A stretch of DNA of 64,000 nt from an uncultured delta proteobacterium (GTDB taxonomy: Bacteria; Desulfobacterota; Binatia; Binatales; Binataceae). The DNA lies in the NCBI GenBank assembly GCA_963842085.1, contig CAWJET010000001.1, forward strand, positions 2,336,001 to 2,400,000, given 5' to 3'. Shown one piece after another: positions 39,541-50,082 of this stretch. The position numbers and the translations under genes were made by a program. The notes under the pieces are model-generated. The model saw only the letters and a list, made by a program, of their open reading frames with translations, ran no database searches and was not told where the DNA came from. Position 1 is the stretch's first letter. Each line of letters starts with the position of its first letter.

Positions 39541-40347
39541 TCAGATTTCGGGCTCGCGCAAAACGCGATTGATCCGAGCCATCAGCTCGCCTGAGTTGAA
39601 CGGCTTGGTGACGTAGTCATCGGCGCCGAGCGAAAAGCCCTTGACCACCTCGGCTTCGTCACGGTGCGCGCTGACCAGGATCACGGGCGTATTCCTGGTC
39701 GCCAGGTCGTTCCGCAATGCTGCCAACGCTTCGAACCCGTTCATTTCCGGCATCGACACGTCCAGCAGCACCAGGTCGGGCCTTTTCTTACGGGCAATCT
39801 CCAGTGCCTGCGCACCGTCGCGCGCGATGTCGCACTCGAAATGGAAGTGCTTCAGGATCGTTGAAATCATGACGAGGGTGGTGGCGTCATCGTCGGCCAG
39901 CACTACCCGCCGCGAACCGTTTCGCGATGCTGAGGTTTGAACCTCCACTGCCGCACTCTCGACGAAGCTGAGAATCCGGTACGCCCTGAGCAAATATTCT
40001 TCCGGCTGGCACGGACGCAACACAAAGTCGCGGTTGAGGTCGGCCACGGCCGCAAAGTGCGTCACCAGGTCCTCGAAAGAGCCGATGATTACCGCCGGCT
40101 TGCGGCTGCGCGAGATCATCTCGATCGGGGCCGGTTGCTCGCCGACGCTGGCGGCCGAAGCATTGACGAAGCAAGCGTCGAAGGGCGAAAGGGAATTGAG
40201 CCCCGGGATATTCGGCGCCTCTCCAACCACGTGGCCGATTCCACGGACAGTCCCCAGCGCCGCGATGATCGAATCCCCCTCGGACGGCTCGAATCCCAAC
40301 AGTGCGAATCGCTTGCCGGCTAAAGACTGTTGAATGATCTGGTCCAT
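39541..40347 (-). CDS. Response regulator: degenerate N-terminal receiver-like domain plus C-terminal REC, no output domain
   Basis: LADDD, LLDVSMP and GADDYVTKPF. Confidence 0.85.
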   Translation of the reverse strand: MDQIIQQSLAGKRFALLGFEPSEGDSIIAALGTVRGIGHVVGEAPNIPGLNSLSPFDACFVNASAASVGEQPAPIEMISRSRKPAVIIGSFEDLVTHFAAVADLNRDFVLRPCQPEEYLLRAYRILSFVESAAVEVQTSASRNGSRRVVLADDDATTLVMISTILKHFHFECDIARDGAQALEIARKKRPDLVLLDVSMPEMNGFEALAALRNDLATRNTPVILVSAHRDEAEVVKGFSLGADDYVTKPFNSGELMARINRVLREPEI

Positions 40348-40734
40348 GAGGGACGCGCTCCTTGTCGTTGCGGAACAGGGTCGAGCTGACAGGCGCTAGC
40401 GCCTCCGCCAGGCAGGATCTACCTTGCGGTGATACGCAACGACCGTGCCTCGCGGCTAAGCCTCACATTGCGTGAACCAATCGCGAGACTGCGGCGTAAA
40501 GCTCGCCGTAGATGCAGGTTGATTCAACGACCGACCGAAGTGGACACCGAAGTGTCGCGCTTTGAGACACAATCGGGCACCGGACTCGCTTCCCGAGATG
40601 GTACCGGCGGAACGGCTTTACCGACGAGTGTACTGGCATCGAAGCTACATCTTCGAGCCCGGCCGACACCGCTCGCGCTAGTGCGGGAACTCCTGCCTTG
40701 ACACTGCCGGTACCGTTGCGCGAAACGATGCATC

Positions 40735-41472
40735 ATGAGCAATAAAGCCAGCGTGCTGAGCCCTTCCGCGCTATGGCGGCGGCTGGGGTTGGCGCGCCAC
40801 AACTGGCCGGGGAGATTTACCGTCCTGCTCGCGACGATTCTGCTGCTGCTGGTCACTCAGCCACTGTTCTCGGGCCATGCCTTCGCGGAAAACGTTGCGA
40901 CCGCGACGATCTCTCTCGTTTTGCTGTCCGCCCTCTATGCGTTTCGCTTGACCAGGATCTATTTCGTGATCGCGCTAGTTCTGCTTTTTCCTTCGATCGG
41001 ATGCCGGCTGGCGCTGCTTTTCACGTTGAACCCAGCGGTCGAAATGATCGGCGCGATCTCGTCGTGCCTGTTCCTGGCCGTGACGGTCATCGCGCTGGTA
41101 TCCAGGCTGTTCATCGTCAGAAGCGTGACGCTCGACACAATCAGCGCCGCGATTTGCTCGTACCTGCTGATGGGCGTGGCGTTTGCGTACGCCTTCGCAG
41201 TCGTCGAACTGTTGAATCCGGGTTCGTTCAGCGCCGCACTTTTTCAACGGCAGCCGGGCAGCGTCGCGCCGCTCGTCGCGTCGCTTCAGAGCTTCCTCTA
41301 CTACAGCTTCGTGTGCCTGACGACGACGGGTTTCGGCGATATCTCGCCGATCTCGGAGGGCGCCCGCATCCTGTCGGTGATGGAGGCGGTGTTCGGCCAG
41401 TTGTATATGGCCATTTTGATCGCGCGGCTGGTCAGTCTCGAAGTCGCTGAGTCGATGTCGAGCGAGCGGTAA
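40735..41472 (+). CDS. Ion channel (Ion_trans_2 / potassium-channel pore) membrane protein
   Basis: Several TM segments; YYSFVCLTTTGFGDI filter. Confidence 0.88.
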   Translation: MSNKASVLSPSALWRRLGLARHNWPGRFTVLLATILLLLVTQPLFSGHAFAENVATATISLVLLSALYAFRLTRIYFVIALVLLFPSIGCRLALLFTLNPAVEMIGAISSCLFLAVTVIALVSRLFIVRSVTLDTISAAICSYLLMGVAFAYAFAVVELLNPGSFSAALFQRQPGSVAPLVASLQSFLYYSFVCLTTTGFGDISPISEGARILSVMEAVFGQLYMAILIARLVSLEVAESMSSER

Positions 41473-41508
41473 AAGCAGAGCGGATAAGACCGAAGCAGGG
41501 CCGTTCGA

Positions 41509-42731
<1,223 letters not shown>

Positions 42732-42876
42732 TCGGCGTTGCGGCCGGCAGGCCGTGTCCGCGATGGGTCCAAACGGGCCGCGTGATTCAGGAGCAACGCA
42801 GGACGAATTTCGTGGATTGCGGCTTCACAACTTGACGGCCGGTTCAACACGACGATAGATTCGAGGCGCCTTGGCC

Positions 42877-43787
42877 ATGAGCCGATTTCAGCTGCCGCGT
42901 TACGTGGATCTCATCATCCCGACCTTAACGGCTCTCAAAGAACTGGGAGGCTCGGCCACAATCCACGAGCTGAATGCGGCGGTTATCAGAAAGCTCGGAC
43001 TGACCGAACAAGAACTGAGCGCTGACGATATCCGAACGCAGTTGGACTTGAAGCTTACTTGGACCAGAACGATCCTCAAAAATTCGGATCTCGTAAGCAA
43101 TTCAAGCCGTGGCGTCTGGGCGATTCGCGATCCAGAACTAGATCTCCAAAGGGTTGATCCCGAAGCAGTCTGGCGCCACCACAGAGAGCAGTATCCCTCC
43201 GTCGAACCCCGGCCCCATGAAGCACCGGCTGCCCGGGCTGGTGTGACTGAAGAGGTGGCCAGTGTTACGAGAGTAGCCGAGCGTGGACCCTCGACAGACG
43301 AGGATGCTACCGAAGCACCCCAAGATTCGGGGTACGAGCTTGCAGTCCTCCAGAGGTTGCTGGCCTTATCCCCACCTGGATTTGAGCGTTTTTGCCAGCG
43401 CTTACTTCGCGAATCCGGTTCGAACAGGTGGTTGTAACCGGCCGGTCTCACGACGGCGGAATAGATGGGGCCGGGATCCTACGGATTAATCCTCTCGTAA
43501 GCATTAAGGTGCTCTTTCAGTGTAAGCGTTACTCTGGCTCTGTCGGTGTCCGCGAGATTCGTGATTTTCGCGGCTCCGTGCACGGAAGGGCGGACAAAGG
43601 AATCATAATTACAACCGGCTCGTTCACCGACGAGGCTAAGAAGGAGGCTGTCCGAGACGGCGCTCTCGCCATCGACTTGGTGGATCGCGAAAAGCTAATT
43701 GAATTATTGGAGAACCTCGAGCTCGGGCTCACACGGCGTGAGACCTATCAAATCGACGCCGCGCTGTTCAGGGAATTCGAACCCTAG
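42877..43787 (+). pseudogene. mrr: Mrr-family type IV restriction endonuclease, split by a 1-nt deletion
   Basis: Mrr_N (PTLTALKELGGSA..WTRT.LK..RGVW) plus Mrr_cat (DGGIDG, QCKRY, GIIITTG, LVD); GAA TCC GGT TCG at 43411-43422 lacks one T of RESGFEQV. Confidence 0.88.
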
Positions 43788-44195
43788 TTGTCGAACTGGC
43801 TGCGCTATAACGGTCACGTGCTTCCAATCGATCCGCTATGCCCCGGTCCGGGTCGTCTTTGGCAGTGAAGGCGAATAGTCGCAAGGCCGACTCTCAGCTT
43901 GCGAATCCTAGACTCGACGCGCATCCTCGCCCGCGCAGATCCTGCACGAAGCGACGCAATAAGTCAGCGCCGCTCAACTGCTTCGCACCATACCATTTCG
44001 ACAGCGCCTCGTCGCTGCTTGCTTCGTCGGGATGATAGACAGGCGATCGCTATGCTTCGTCACGATGGACAGACGAGCCCTCGCGTTGTTTACTTCGGTC
44101 GGGATGAAAAGTAGTGCGCAGTGGGGATGCGCACAAAAACTCTCAGGCTCTAAGGTATCACTATCGCGCAAACGACTATTGGCCGCGATACGTAA

Positions 44196-44230
44196 CATAT
44201 ACTAAGTAGTGATTCGCTGAAGTGCATTGG
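44196..44230 (+). repeat. Right copy of the 35-bp diverged direct repeat
   Basis: CATATACTAAGTAGTGATTCGCTGAAGTGCATTGG. Confidence 0.7.
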
Positions 44231-44273
44231 CTTGCGACACGATTGACTTGACCATCATGCGGGAGCGGCACCG

Positions 44274-45953
44274 ATGAACAGAATCAAGGGTCTGCTGGCG
44301 GCGGCAACGGCTACGGTTCTCCTGATGCTGGCCACGCCCGCGTTCGCACAGTACAAGCCGTGGCCGACACCGCTGCCGGAAGCGCCCAAGTGGGGTGACT
44401 ACGACAGCGGCCATACCTGGCGTGATGCCGCGTGGTGGTGGCAATCGCAGCCCGACTGGGTCAAGCACCATCACCCTGAATGGTGGGGAGATTTCGACAA
44501 CGATCACTTATGGCACCCCGCCTGGTGGTGGTGGGATTCGCAGCCGGCATGGGTACGGGAACATCACCCGGAATGGTGGGGCGCGTTTTACCAGGGCCAG
44601 TGGTATCCGGCGACGTGGTGGGCTCAATACCAGCCGGAATGGGTGCAACAGTATCATCCTGAATGGTGGGGCGCTCCCGACAACGGCTTTTGGTATCCCG
44701 CGGGATGGTGGTGGAGGCTCCAGCCCGCTTGGGTGTTGCAGAATCACCCCGAATGGTGGGGCGACGATTGGGACGGCTTGTGGTATCCCGCTCCGTGGTG
44801 GTGGCAATTACAGCCCCAATGGGTAATCGCGCATCATCCGGATTGGTGGGGGGATTACTACGAGGGCGTCTGGTACGCGGCGCCGTGGTGGTACCAGTAT
44901 CATCCCGAATGGGTTCCGCTGCATCATCCGGACTGGTGGGGTGAGTTCGACGATCACCATTATTGGCGCCCGGCGGGATGGTGGTGGCAGTATCACTCCG
45001 ACTGGTGCCGCCAGAATCATCCCGATTGGTGGGGCGACTTCGACGACCAGCACATCTGGCGGCCTGCGGGCTGGTGGTGGCAGAACAATCCCAACTGGGT
45101 GCGCGAAAATCATCCCGACTGGCGGGGTGCCTTCGACGACAACAAAATCTGGCGTCCTGCAAGCTACTGGTGGCAAACGAAGCCGGACTGGACGCGCGAG
45201 AATCATCCCAACTGGTGGGGTGACTTCGACGACAAACACATCTGGCATACCGACACCTGGTGGCATCTGCATGACGCCACGTGGGCGGAACAGCACCATC
45301 CCGAATGGAAGGGCGACTACGACGACAAGCACGTCTGGCACGACCTCCATTGGTGGGCGCAGAAAGACTCTGCCGTGGCAATGCAGCGTCATCCCGATTG
45401 GAACGACGCGATGCACGAGTCGGTAGCGCGCCAGCATGGCGTGCAAGAGGAAGCTCTCCAGCGTCAGCACGATGTGCAGCTACAGGATCTCGAGCGCAAT
45501 CGCGCCGAGCAGCAGCAGGAGGCCGAGCGCACTCAGGCCGCGCAATTACGGCAGCTTCAGCAAAAGCATGACGCGGAGACGCAGGCCTTTGAGCGTCAGC
45601 ATCTGCAGGAAGTGCAGCAGCGCGTGAAGGCCGCTCCTCAAGCCGAGGAGAATGGTGCTCAGTGGCGCCAAGTCGAGGAGAGTCACACTCAGCAATCGGC
45701 GGAACTCCTGCGCCGCCATCAAGCGGAGACGCAGGCGCTGGTGCGCCAGCAGGCGGCGGAACAGCAAAAGGTCCAGCAACGGCAGTTTGCCCGCCAACAG
45801 GATCTACAGCGCCAGCACGCGCAGGAAATGCAGTCCTTTGAGAAGCAGCATGCGCAGCAGGTGCAGGCGTTCGAGCGTCCGCGCGGCGGCGGCGGAGGCG
45901 GCGGGCATGTCGAAGCACCGCACGGCGGCGGCGGTGAGAAAGGGCATCGCTAG
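44274..45953 (+). CDS. Secreted Trp/His-rich tandem-repeat protein with a Gln-rich coiled-coil tail; function unknown
   Basis: Signal peptide ending PAFA; 11 repeats of WGD(F/Y)DxxHxWxPAxWWWxxxPxWVxxxHP(E/D)W at 44391-45401; GGAG SD. Confidence 0.9.
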   Translation: MNRIKGLLAAATATVLLMLATPAFAQYKPWPTPLPEAPKWGDYDSGHTWRDAAWWWQSQPDWVKHHHPEWWGDFDNDHLWHPAWWWWDSQPAWVREHHPEWWGAFYQGQWYPATWWAQYQPEWVQQYHPEWWGAPDNGFWYPAGWWWRLQPAWVLQNHPEWWGDDWDGLWYPAPWWWQLQPQWVIAHHPDWWGDYYEGVWYAAPWWYQYHPEWVPLHHPDWWGEFDDHHYWRPAGWWWQYHSDWCRQNHPDWWGDFDDQHIWRPAGWWWQNNPNWVRENHPDWRGAFDDNKIWRPASYWWQTKPDWTRENHPNWWGDFDDKHIWHTDTWWHLHDATWAEQHHPEWKGDYDDKHVWHDLHWWAQKDSAVAMQRHPDWNDAMHESVARQHGVQEEALQRQHDVQLQDLERNRAEQQQEAERTQAAQLRQLQQKHDAETQAFERQHLQEVQQRVKAAPQAEENGAQWRQVEESHTQQSAELLRRHQAETQALVRQQAAEQQKVQQRQFARQQDLQRQHAQEMQSFEKQHAQQVQAFERPRGGGGGGGHVEAPHGGGGEKGHR

Positions 45954-46017
45954 TTAGTGTTGATCACCAATGCACGGGGGCCCGATACCGACGGTGTCAG
46001 GCGCCCGTCGCACGATG

Positions 46018-46707
46018 CTAGCGGCGCTCGAACTGTTTGGTACCGTACAGTATCGAGCGAGCCTCGTCGTCGAGCGGCGCGGGCGGCAGGTCGGCCATCA
46101 CGCCGACCCCTCGTTTGACGGCGGGACGCTCGCCGATTGCGTCGAGCCATCGCTTGAAATTCGGACGGCTCTCCAACTGCTCGGGTTCGCGGCGCGTTCC
46201 CACCACCCACGGATAGGTCGCCATGTCCGCGATCGAGTAATCGCCCGCCAGGTACGCGCTCTCGGCGAGGCGATTTTCGATTACATTGAGCAGGCGGCGC
46301 GATTCGTTGGTGTAGCGCTCGATCGCGTACGGGATCTTCTCCGGCGCGGCGCGCAAAAAATGCCCCCGCTGCCCGAACATCGGTCCAACGCCCGCCATCT
46401 GGAACATCAGCCACTGTACGACATTGTAACGCGCGCGGGTCTCCGACGGCATGAACTTGCCGGTTTTCTCGGCCAGGTAGAGCAGGATCGCGCCGGACTC
46501 GAAGAGCGAGAACGGCTTCCCGCCCGGACCGTCGCGGTCGATGATCGCGGGCATCCGGTTGTTCGGGCTGATCTTGAGGAACTCGGGCGCGAACTGCTCG
46601 CCCTTGCGGATATTTACCGGCACGATTTTGTATTCGAGCCCGGTCTCCTCGAGAAAGATCGTGATCTTGTGCCCATTCGGTGTCGGCCAATAGTAGAGGT
46701 CGATCAT
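46018..46707 (-). CDS. Glutathione S-transferase, YfcG/YghU-like disulfide oxidoreductase
   Basis: TPNG, ISPNNRMPAI, FESGAILLYLAEK and SIADMA. Confidence 0.94.
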   Translation of the reverse strand: MIDLYYWPTPNGHKITIFLEETGLEYKIVPVNIRKGEQFAPEFLKISPNNRMPAIIDRDGPGGKPFSLFESGAILLYLAEKTGKFMPSETRARYNVVQWLMFQMAGVGPMFGQRGHFLRAAPEKIPYAIERYTNESRRLLNVIENRLAESAYLAGDYSIADMATYPWVVGTRREPEQLESRPNFKRWLDAIGERPAVKRGVGVMADLPPAPLDDEARSILYGTKQFERR

Positions 46708-46731
46708 TTAAGTTCTCCTTCGTGAATTCTT

Positions 46732-47565
46732 TCAATGCGGAATCCAGATCGGGGCGGCGCTGAACAGGTGGTCAACGATACCTATCTGGTAGGCGAGGAA
46801 CAGGCCAAAGCCGAAACTCAGGAGGCCTGAGCCGGTGACGAGTCCCTGATGGATCCGCGACGCACGCCGCGACGCGACCATGAACGGCGTGGCGATCGCG
46901 GTCGTGATCAGGCCCATCCCGATTATCGTGCCGACGCAGAAAATCGCGAGGTAGAGCGTCGCCCATAGCGGCTCCGGAATCGCGCTCAGCACCAGCAACG
47001 CAATCGCGGCGCTGCCCGCCAGTCCATGAACCAGTCCCACGCCGAAGGATCTCAGCAGCGGCCGCCGCGCGGCCAACGTCGGCAATCTGTCGCCCGGGAT
47101 GCGATGATCGTGATGCATCGCGTCGTCGTTCGCCTCGTGAAGGTCAACATGAACGTGGGGATGCGAATGCATGGCGTCGTCATGAGCGTGCGCGTGCGCA
47201 TGGACGATCAGGCCTTCATCCTTCGACGAACGTCCGCGCATTCGAGTTGCCGCGTTGCGCATCAAGCTTGCTGCCGCGCCGACGCCGAGCAAAATCAGCA
47301 CGACCGCGACTGCAAATTCCATCGCCAGTCCCAGCCGCGTCGGGATCGCAATTTTGAAAACTATGATCGCGGCGCCCACCAGCAGCACCGTGATCGTGTG
47401 CCCGAGTCCCCATACGATGCCGACACGGGTCGCGGCCACCAACCTACGCTCGCGGCTGAGGATGGTCGTGACGGCGATCACGTGATCGGGATCGGTTGCA
47501 TGGCGCATTCCGAGCACCAGTCCGAGGAGCGCGATCGCGAGCGGCGCGGCATTGGCAGGGATCAT
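46732..47565 (-). CDS. NiCoT (HoxN/NixA)-superfamily nickel/cobalt transporter
   Basis: RHATDPDH, GLGHT, a His-rich loop and GLVHGLAGSAA. Confidence 0.9.
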   Translation of the reverse strand: MIPANAAPLAIALLGLVLGMRHATDPDHVIAVTTILSRERRLVAATRVGIVWGLGHTITVLLVGAAIIVFKIAIPTRLGLAMEFAVAVVLILLGVGAAASLMRNAATRMRGRSSKDEGLIVHAHAHAHDDAMHSHPHVHVDLHEANDDAMHHDHRIPGDRLPTLAARRPLLRSFGVGLVHGLAGSAAIALLVLSAIPEPLWATLYLAIFCVGTIIGMGLITTAIATPFMVASRRASRIHQGLVTGSGLLSFGFGLFLAYQIGIVDHLFSAAPIWIPH

Positions 47566-47572
47566 CTGGCTG
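47521..47572 (+). repeat. Left copy of a 52-bp direct repeat (5' end of the NiCoT gene)
   Basis: 46/52 identity to 48608-48659. Confidence 0.85.
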
Positions 47573-47653
47573 CTTTAACTGGCTCCGGGGTTAGAGATGG
47601 TTTGGGCCGTCGGGGTCAGGCACTTCCCTAAGACTCCGAACGTTGAAGGTAAC

Positions 47654-48415
47654 TTACTCCGACAGTCCGGCAATATGGATTTTCGAATGATTCCGCGCTT
47701 CACCCTTGACCAGGTATGCAACCTGATCGTGATACTGGCGGAGTCGAATCACCTCATCGGGGGAATCCACACGCGAAATGAACTCATTGACCGCGCGGGC
47801 GCAACCGTTCCAGGCATAATAGTCGTCGATGATTACCACGCCACCATCGGCCACCCTGGGAAACAGATTCTCCAGGCACACGCGAGTCGAGTCGTACCAG
47901 TCGCCGTCCAGCCGCAGCACCGCTATCGGAGAGGGAAAATTGAACGAGGGCACCGTCACATTGAACCATCCCTTCACTAGGGAATACGAGGTCGCACGCG
48001 AACGCTTCATCGCGGCGCCGGCTTCCTCCTCGCTGGCGGTACAGTTCTTGCCCGATTTCTGCAGGTCAGCGTCGTTCTGCCACGCGATCGCTTGCTTGCC
48101 ATCGATCTCCCGCGCAGGGGGCAGACCCTCGAAGCTGTCGAACAGGAAATAGTGCCGATCCGGACCGAGTACATCGGCGATTCCCGCGATCATCCCGCCG
48201 CGCCATACTCCGCATTCCACCACGCAGCCCGGCGTGCGCCTGAACGTCCACACCAGCGCGAGATTGCTGATGTATCTCTTCTCCTGGATCATCGTATGGT
48301 CATGAAATTTGCGGGAAATCTCCCTGAAACCCGCGCGCAGGCGGTGCCTCTCCTGCCTTCGGGCGCTGGCAAAGGTCTTGAGCAGCAGGTCTGAAACGCT
48401 CATCTCGCGCGTCAT
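47654..48415 (-). CDS. TylF/MycF/NovP-family O-methyltransferase
   Basis: VECGVWRGG, FDSFEGLP, KGWF, LRLDGDWYDS and IIDDY. Confidence 0.92.
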   Translation of the reverse strand: MTREMSVSDLLLKTFASARRQERHRLRAGFREISRKFHDHTMIQEKRYISNLALVWTFRRTPGCVVECGVWRGGMIAGIADVLGPDRHYFLFDSFEGLPPAREIDGKQAIAWQNDADLQKSGKNCTASEEEAGAAMKRSRATSYSLVKGWFNVTVPSFNFPSPIAVLRLDGDWYDSTRVCLENLFPRVADGGVVIIDDYYAWNGCARAVNEFISRVDSPDEVIRLRQYHDQVAYLVKGEARNHSKIHIAGLSE

Positions 48416-48607
48416 CTTAGCCCGCGCGGGGGGGGAGGTGGCAAGTTGGCGCAACTCTACTTCGAGGAACGGGAGCGCCCGCCGGATGTGGAGTAGCGTC
48501 AGAATCCCGCCGCGAACGCGACGCGGGGATAGTGGTCGCGCCGTATCATAGGCTATGCACTAAAGGGCTGCAGCAAATGTTCTCGCAAATGTGGGTCGCA
48601 GCCGCAT

Positions 48608-48659
48608 TCCGAGGAGCGCGATCGCGAGCGGCGCAGCGTTAGCGGAAATCATCTGGCTG
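48608..48659 (+). repeat. Right copy of the direct repeat; orphan 5' fragment of the NiCoT gene
   Basis: Minus strand reads MISANAAPLAIALLG versus MIPANAAPLAIALLG. Confidence 0.85.
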
Positions 48660-48775
48660 GTTCCTGGTGCCGATCAATTCAACTGACAGTACTCATATCC
48701 TTTTTTTCAAACGAAAGGCGCGAGCAGTGGCCATCGTCCTTGACTCAGAAAAATGGTTCGGCAACAGATCCACAA

Positions 48776-49917
48776 ATGAGCAACAATATCGAACCATTTC
48801 GCATTGCAGCGACGGACGCGCAGCTCGATGACCTGAAGCGGCGCCTGCGCGAGACGCGATGGCCCGAGCGCGAGTGCGTTGACGACTGGTCGCAAGGGCT
48901 GCCGCTCGCATACGCGCAGGAAGTCGCCGCGTATTGGCGTGACAAGTACGACTGGCGCGCGCGCGAGGCCCGCCTCAACCGGTTCGCGCAATTCAAGACG
49001 ACGATCGACGGCCTCGGGATTCATTTCGTCCACGTTCGATCGCCGCACGCCGACGCGCTTCCGCTAGTGATGACGCACGGATGGCCGGGGTCGATCGTCG
49101 AGTTTCAGAAAGTGATCGAACCGCTGACGAATCCGACTGCTCACGGCGGCGATGCGGCCGACGCGTTTCACCTCGTTTGCCCGTCACTGCCCGGCTACGG
49201 TTTCTCGGACAAACCGACACGCAACGGCTGGAACGTTCAGCGCATCGCACAGGCATGGGCGGAGCTGATGCCGCGGCTCGGCTACAAGCGGTACGCCGCG
49301 CAAGGGGGAGATTGGGGCTCGATCGTCACGACCTGCATCGGCATCCAGGATCCCGCCAACTGCGTCGGCATCCACCTGAACATGCCGATCGCGATGCCCG
49401 ATCCGGCGACGATGAACGATCTCACCGACAATGAGAAGTCGGCGATCGCGGGCATGCAGCACTACAATGATTGGGATTCGGGCTACTCGAAGCAGCAGGG
49501 CACGCGGCCGCAGACGGTGAGCTACGGCCTGACCGATTCGCCAGCCGGTCAGAGCTCGCGTGGATCCTGGAAAAGTTCTGGTCGTGGACCGACTGCGACG
49601 GCCATCCGGAGAACGTGCTGACGCGCGATGAATTGCTCGACAACGTGATGCTGTATTGGCTGCCGGCCACCGCCGCGTCGTCGGCGCGTCTGTACTGGGA
49701 AAGCTTCCGCCGCATGCTGACTGATCCGGTGACGGTGCCGGTCGGCTGTTCGATTTTCCCCAAAGAAATCTTTCGCACCTCGAAACGATGGGCTGCGAAA
49801 AGATTCTCGAAGCTCGTGTACTTCAACGAGCTAACGAAGGGCGGCCACTTCGCCGCCTTCGAGCAGCCGGAGGCATTCGTCAAGGAGGTCCGCAACTGCT
49901 TCCGGCTGATGCGATAA
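48776..49917 (+). pseudogene. Epoxide hydrolase (EHN domain plus alpha/beta hydrolase), frameshifted
   Basis: HGWPGS, PSLPGYGFS, QGGDWGS ... GGHFAAFEQP; an extra AG at about 49553 breaks DSPAGQ|LAWILEKF. Confidence 0.88.
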
Positions 49918-49930
49918 CGGACGGAACTGA

Positions 49931-49961
49931 AATTGGTTGAGCGGGGGGAATTGGAACCGCG
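49931..49961 (-). repeat. Degenerate copy of the tmRNA 3' end (att-like site)
   Basis: ATTGGTTGA-GCGGGGGGAATTGGAACC versus ATTGGTGGAGGCGGGGGGAATT-GAACC at 58433. Confidence 0.7.
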
Positions 49962-50082
49962 ATCAAGAGTCCGACCTTCAGACGTCGGAAACGCCCGATT
50001 CTCCAGCAAAATCAAGCAATTTTAGCCCGATTTCCGACGAAACTGGCTTCGTTCGGATTGCGGAATGACGGAGGTGTCGTCC

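Noticed and set aside
44020-44112. Two GTCGGGATGA motifs resembling reverse-complemented tRNA-Pro 3' ends
   Set aside because: Only 10 bp, with no T-loop sequence following; not supportable as att sites
44391-45401. 90/93-bp periodic DNA repeats as a CRISPR or ncRNA array
   Set aside because: The period is a multiple of 3, variation is codon-like, the repeats lie in one ORF with a signal peptide, and there are no cas genes or repeat-spacer structure
50022-50046. Second att-like remnant resembling 58411-58437
   Set aside because: Needs several gaps in about 25 bp; may be chance
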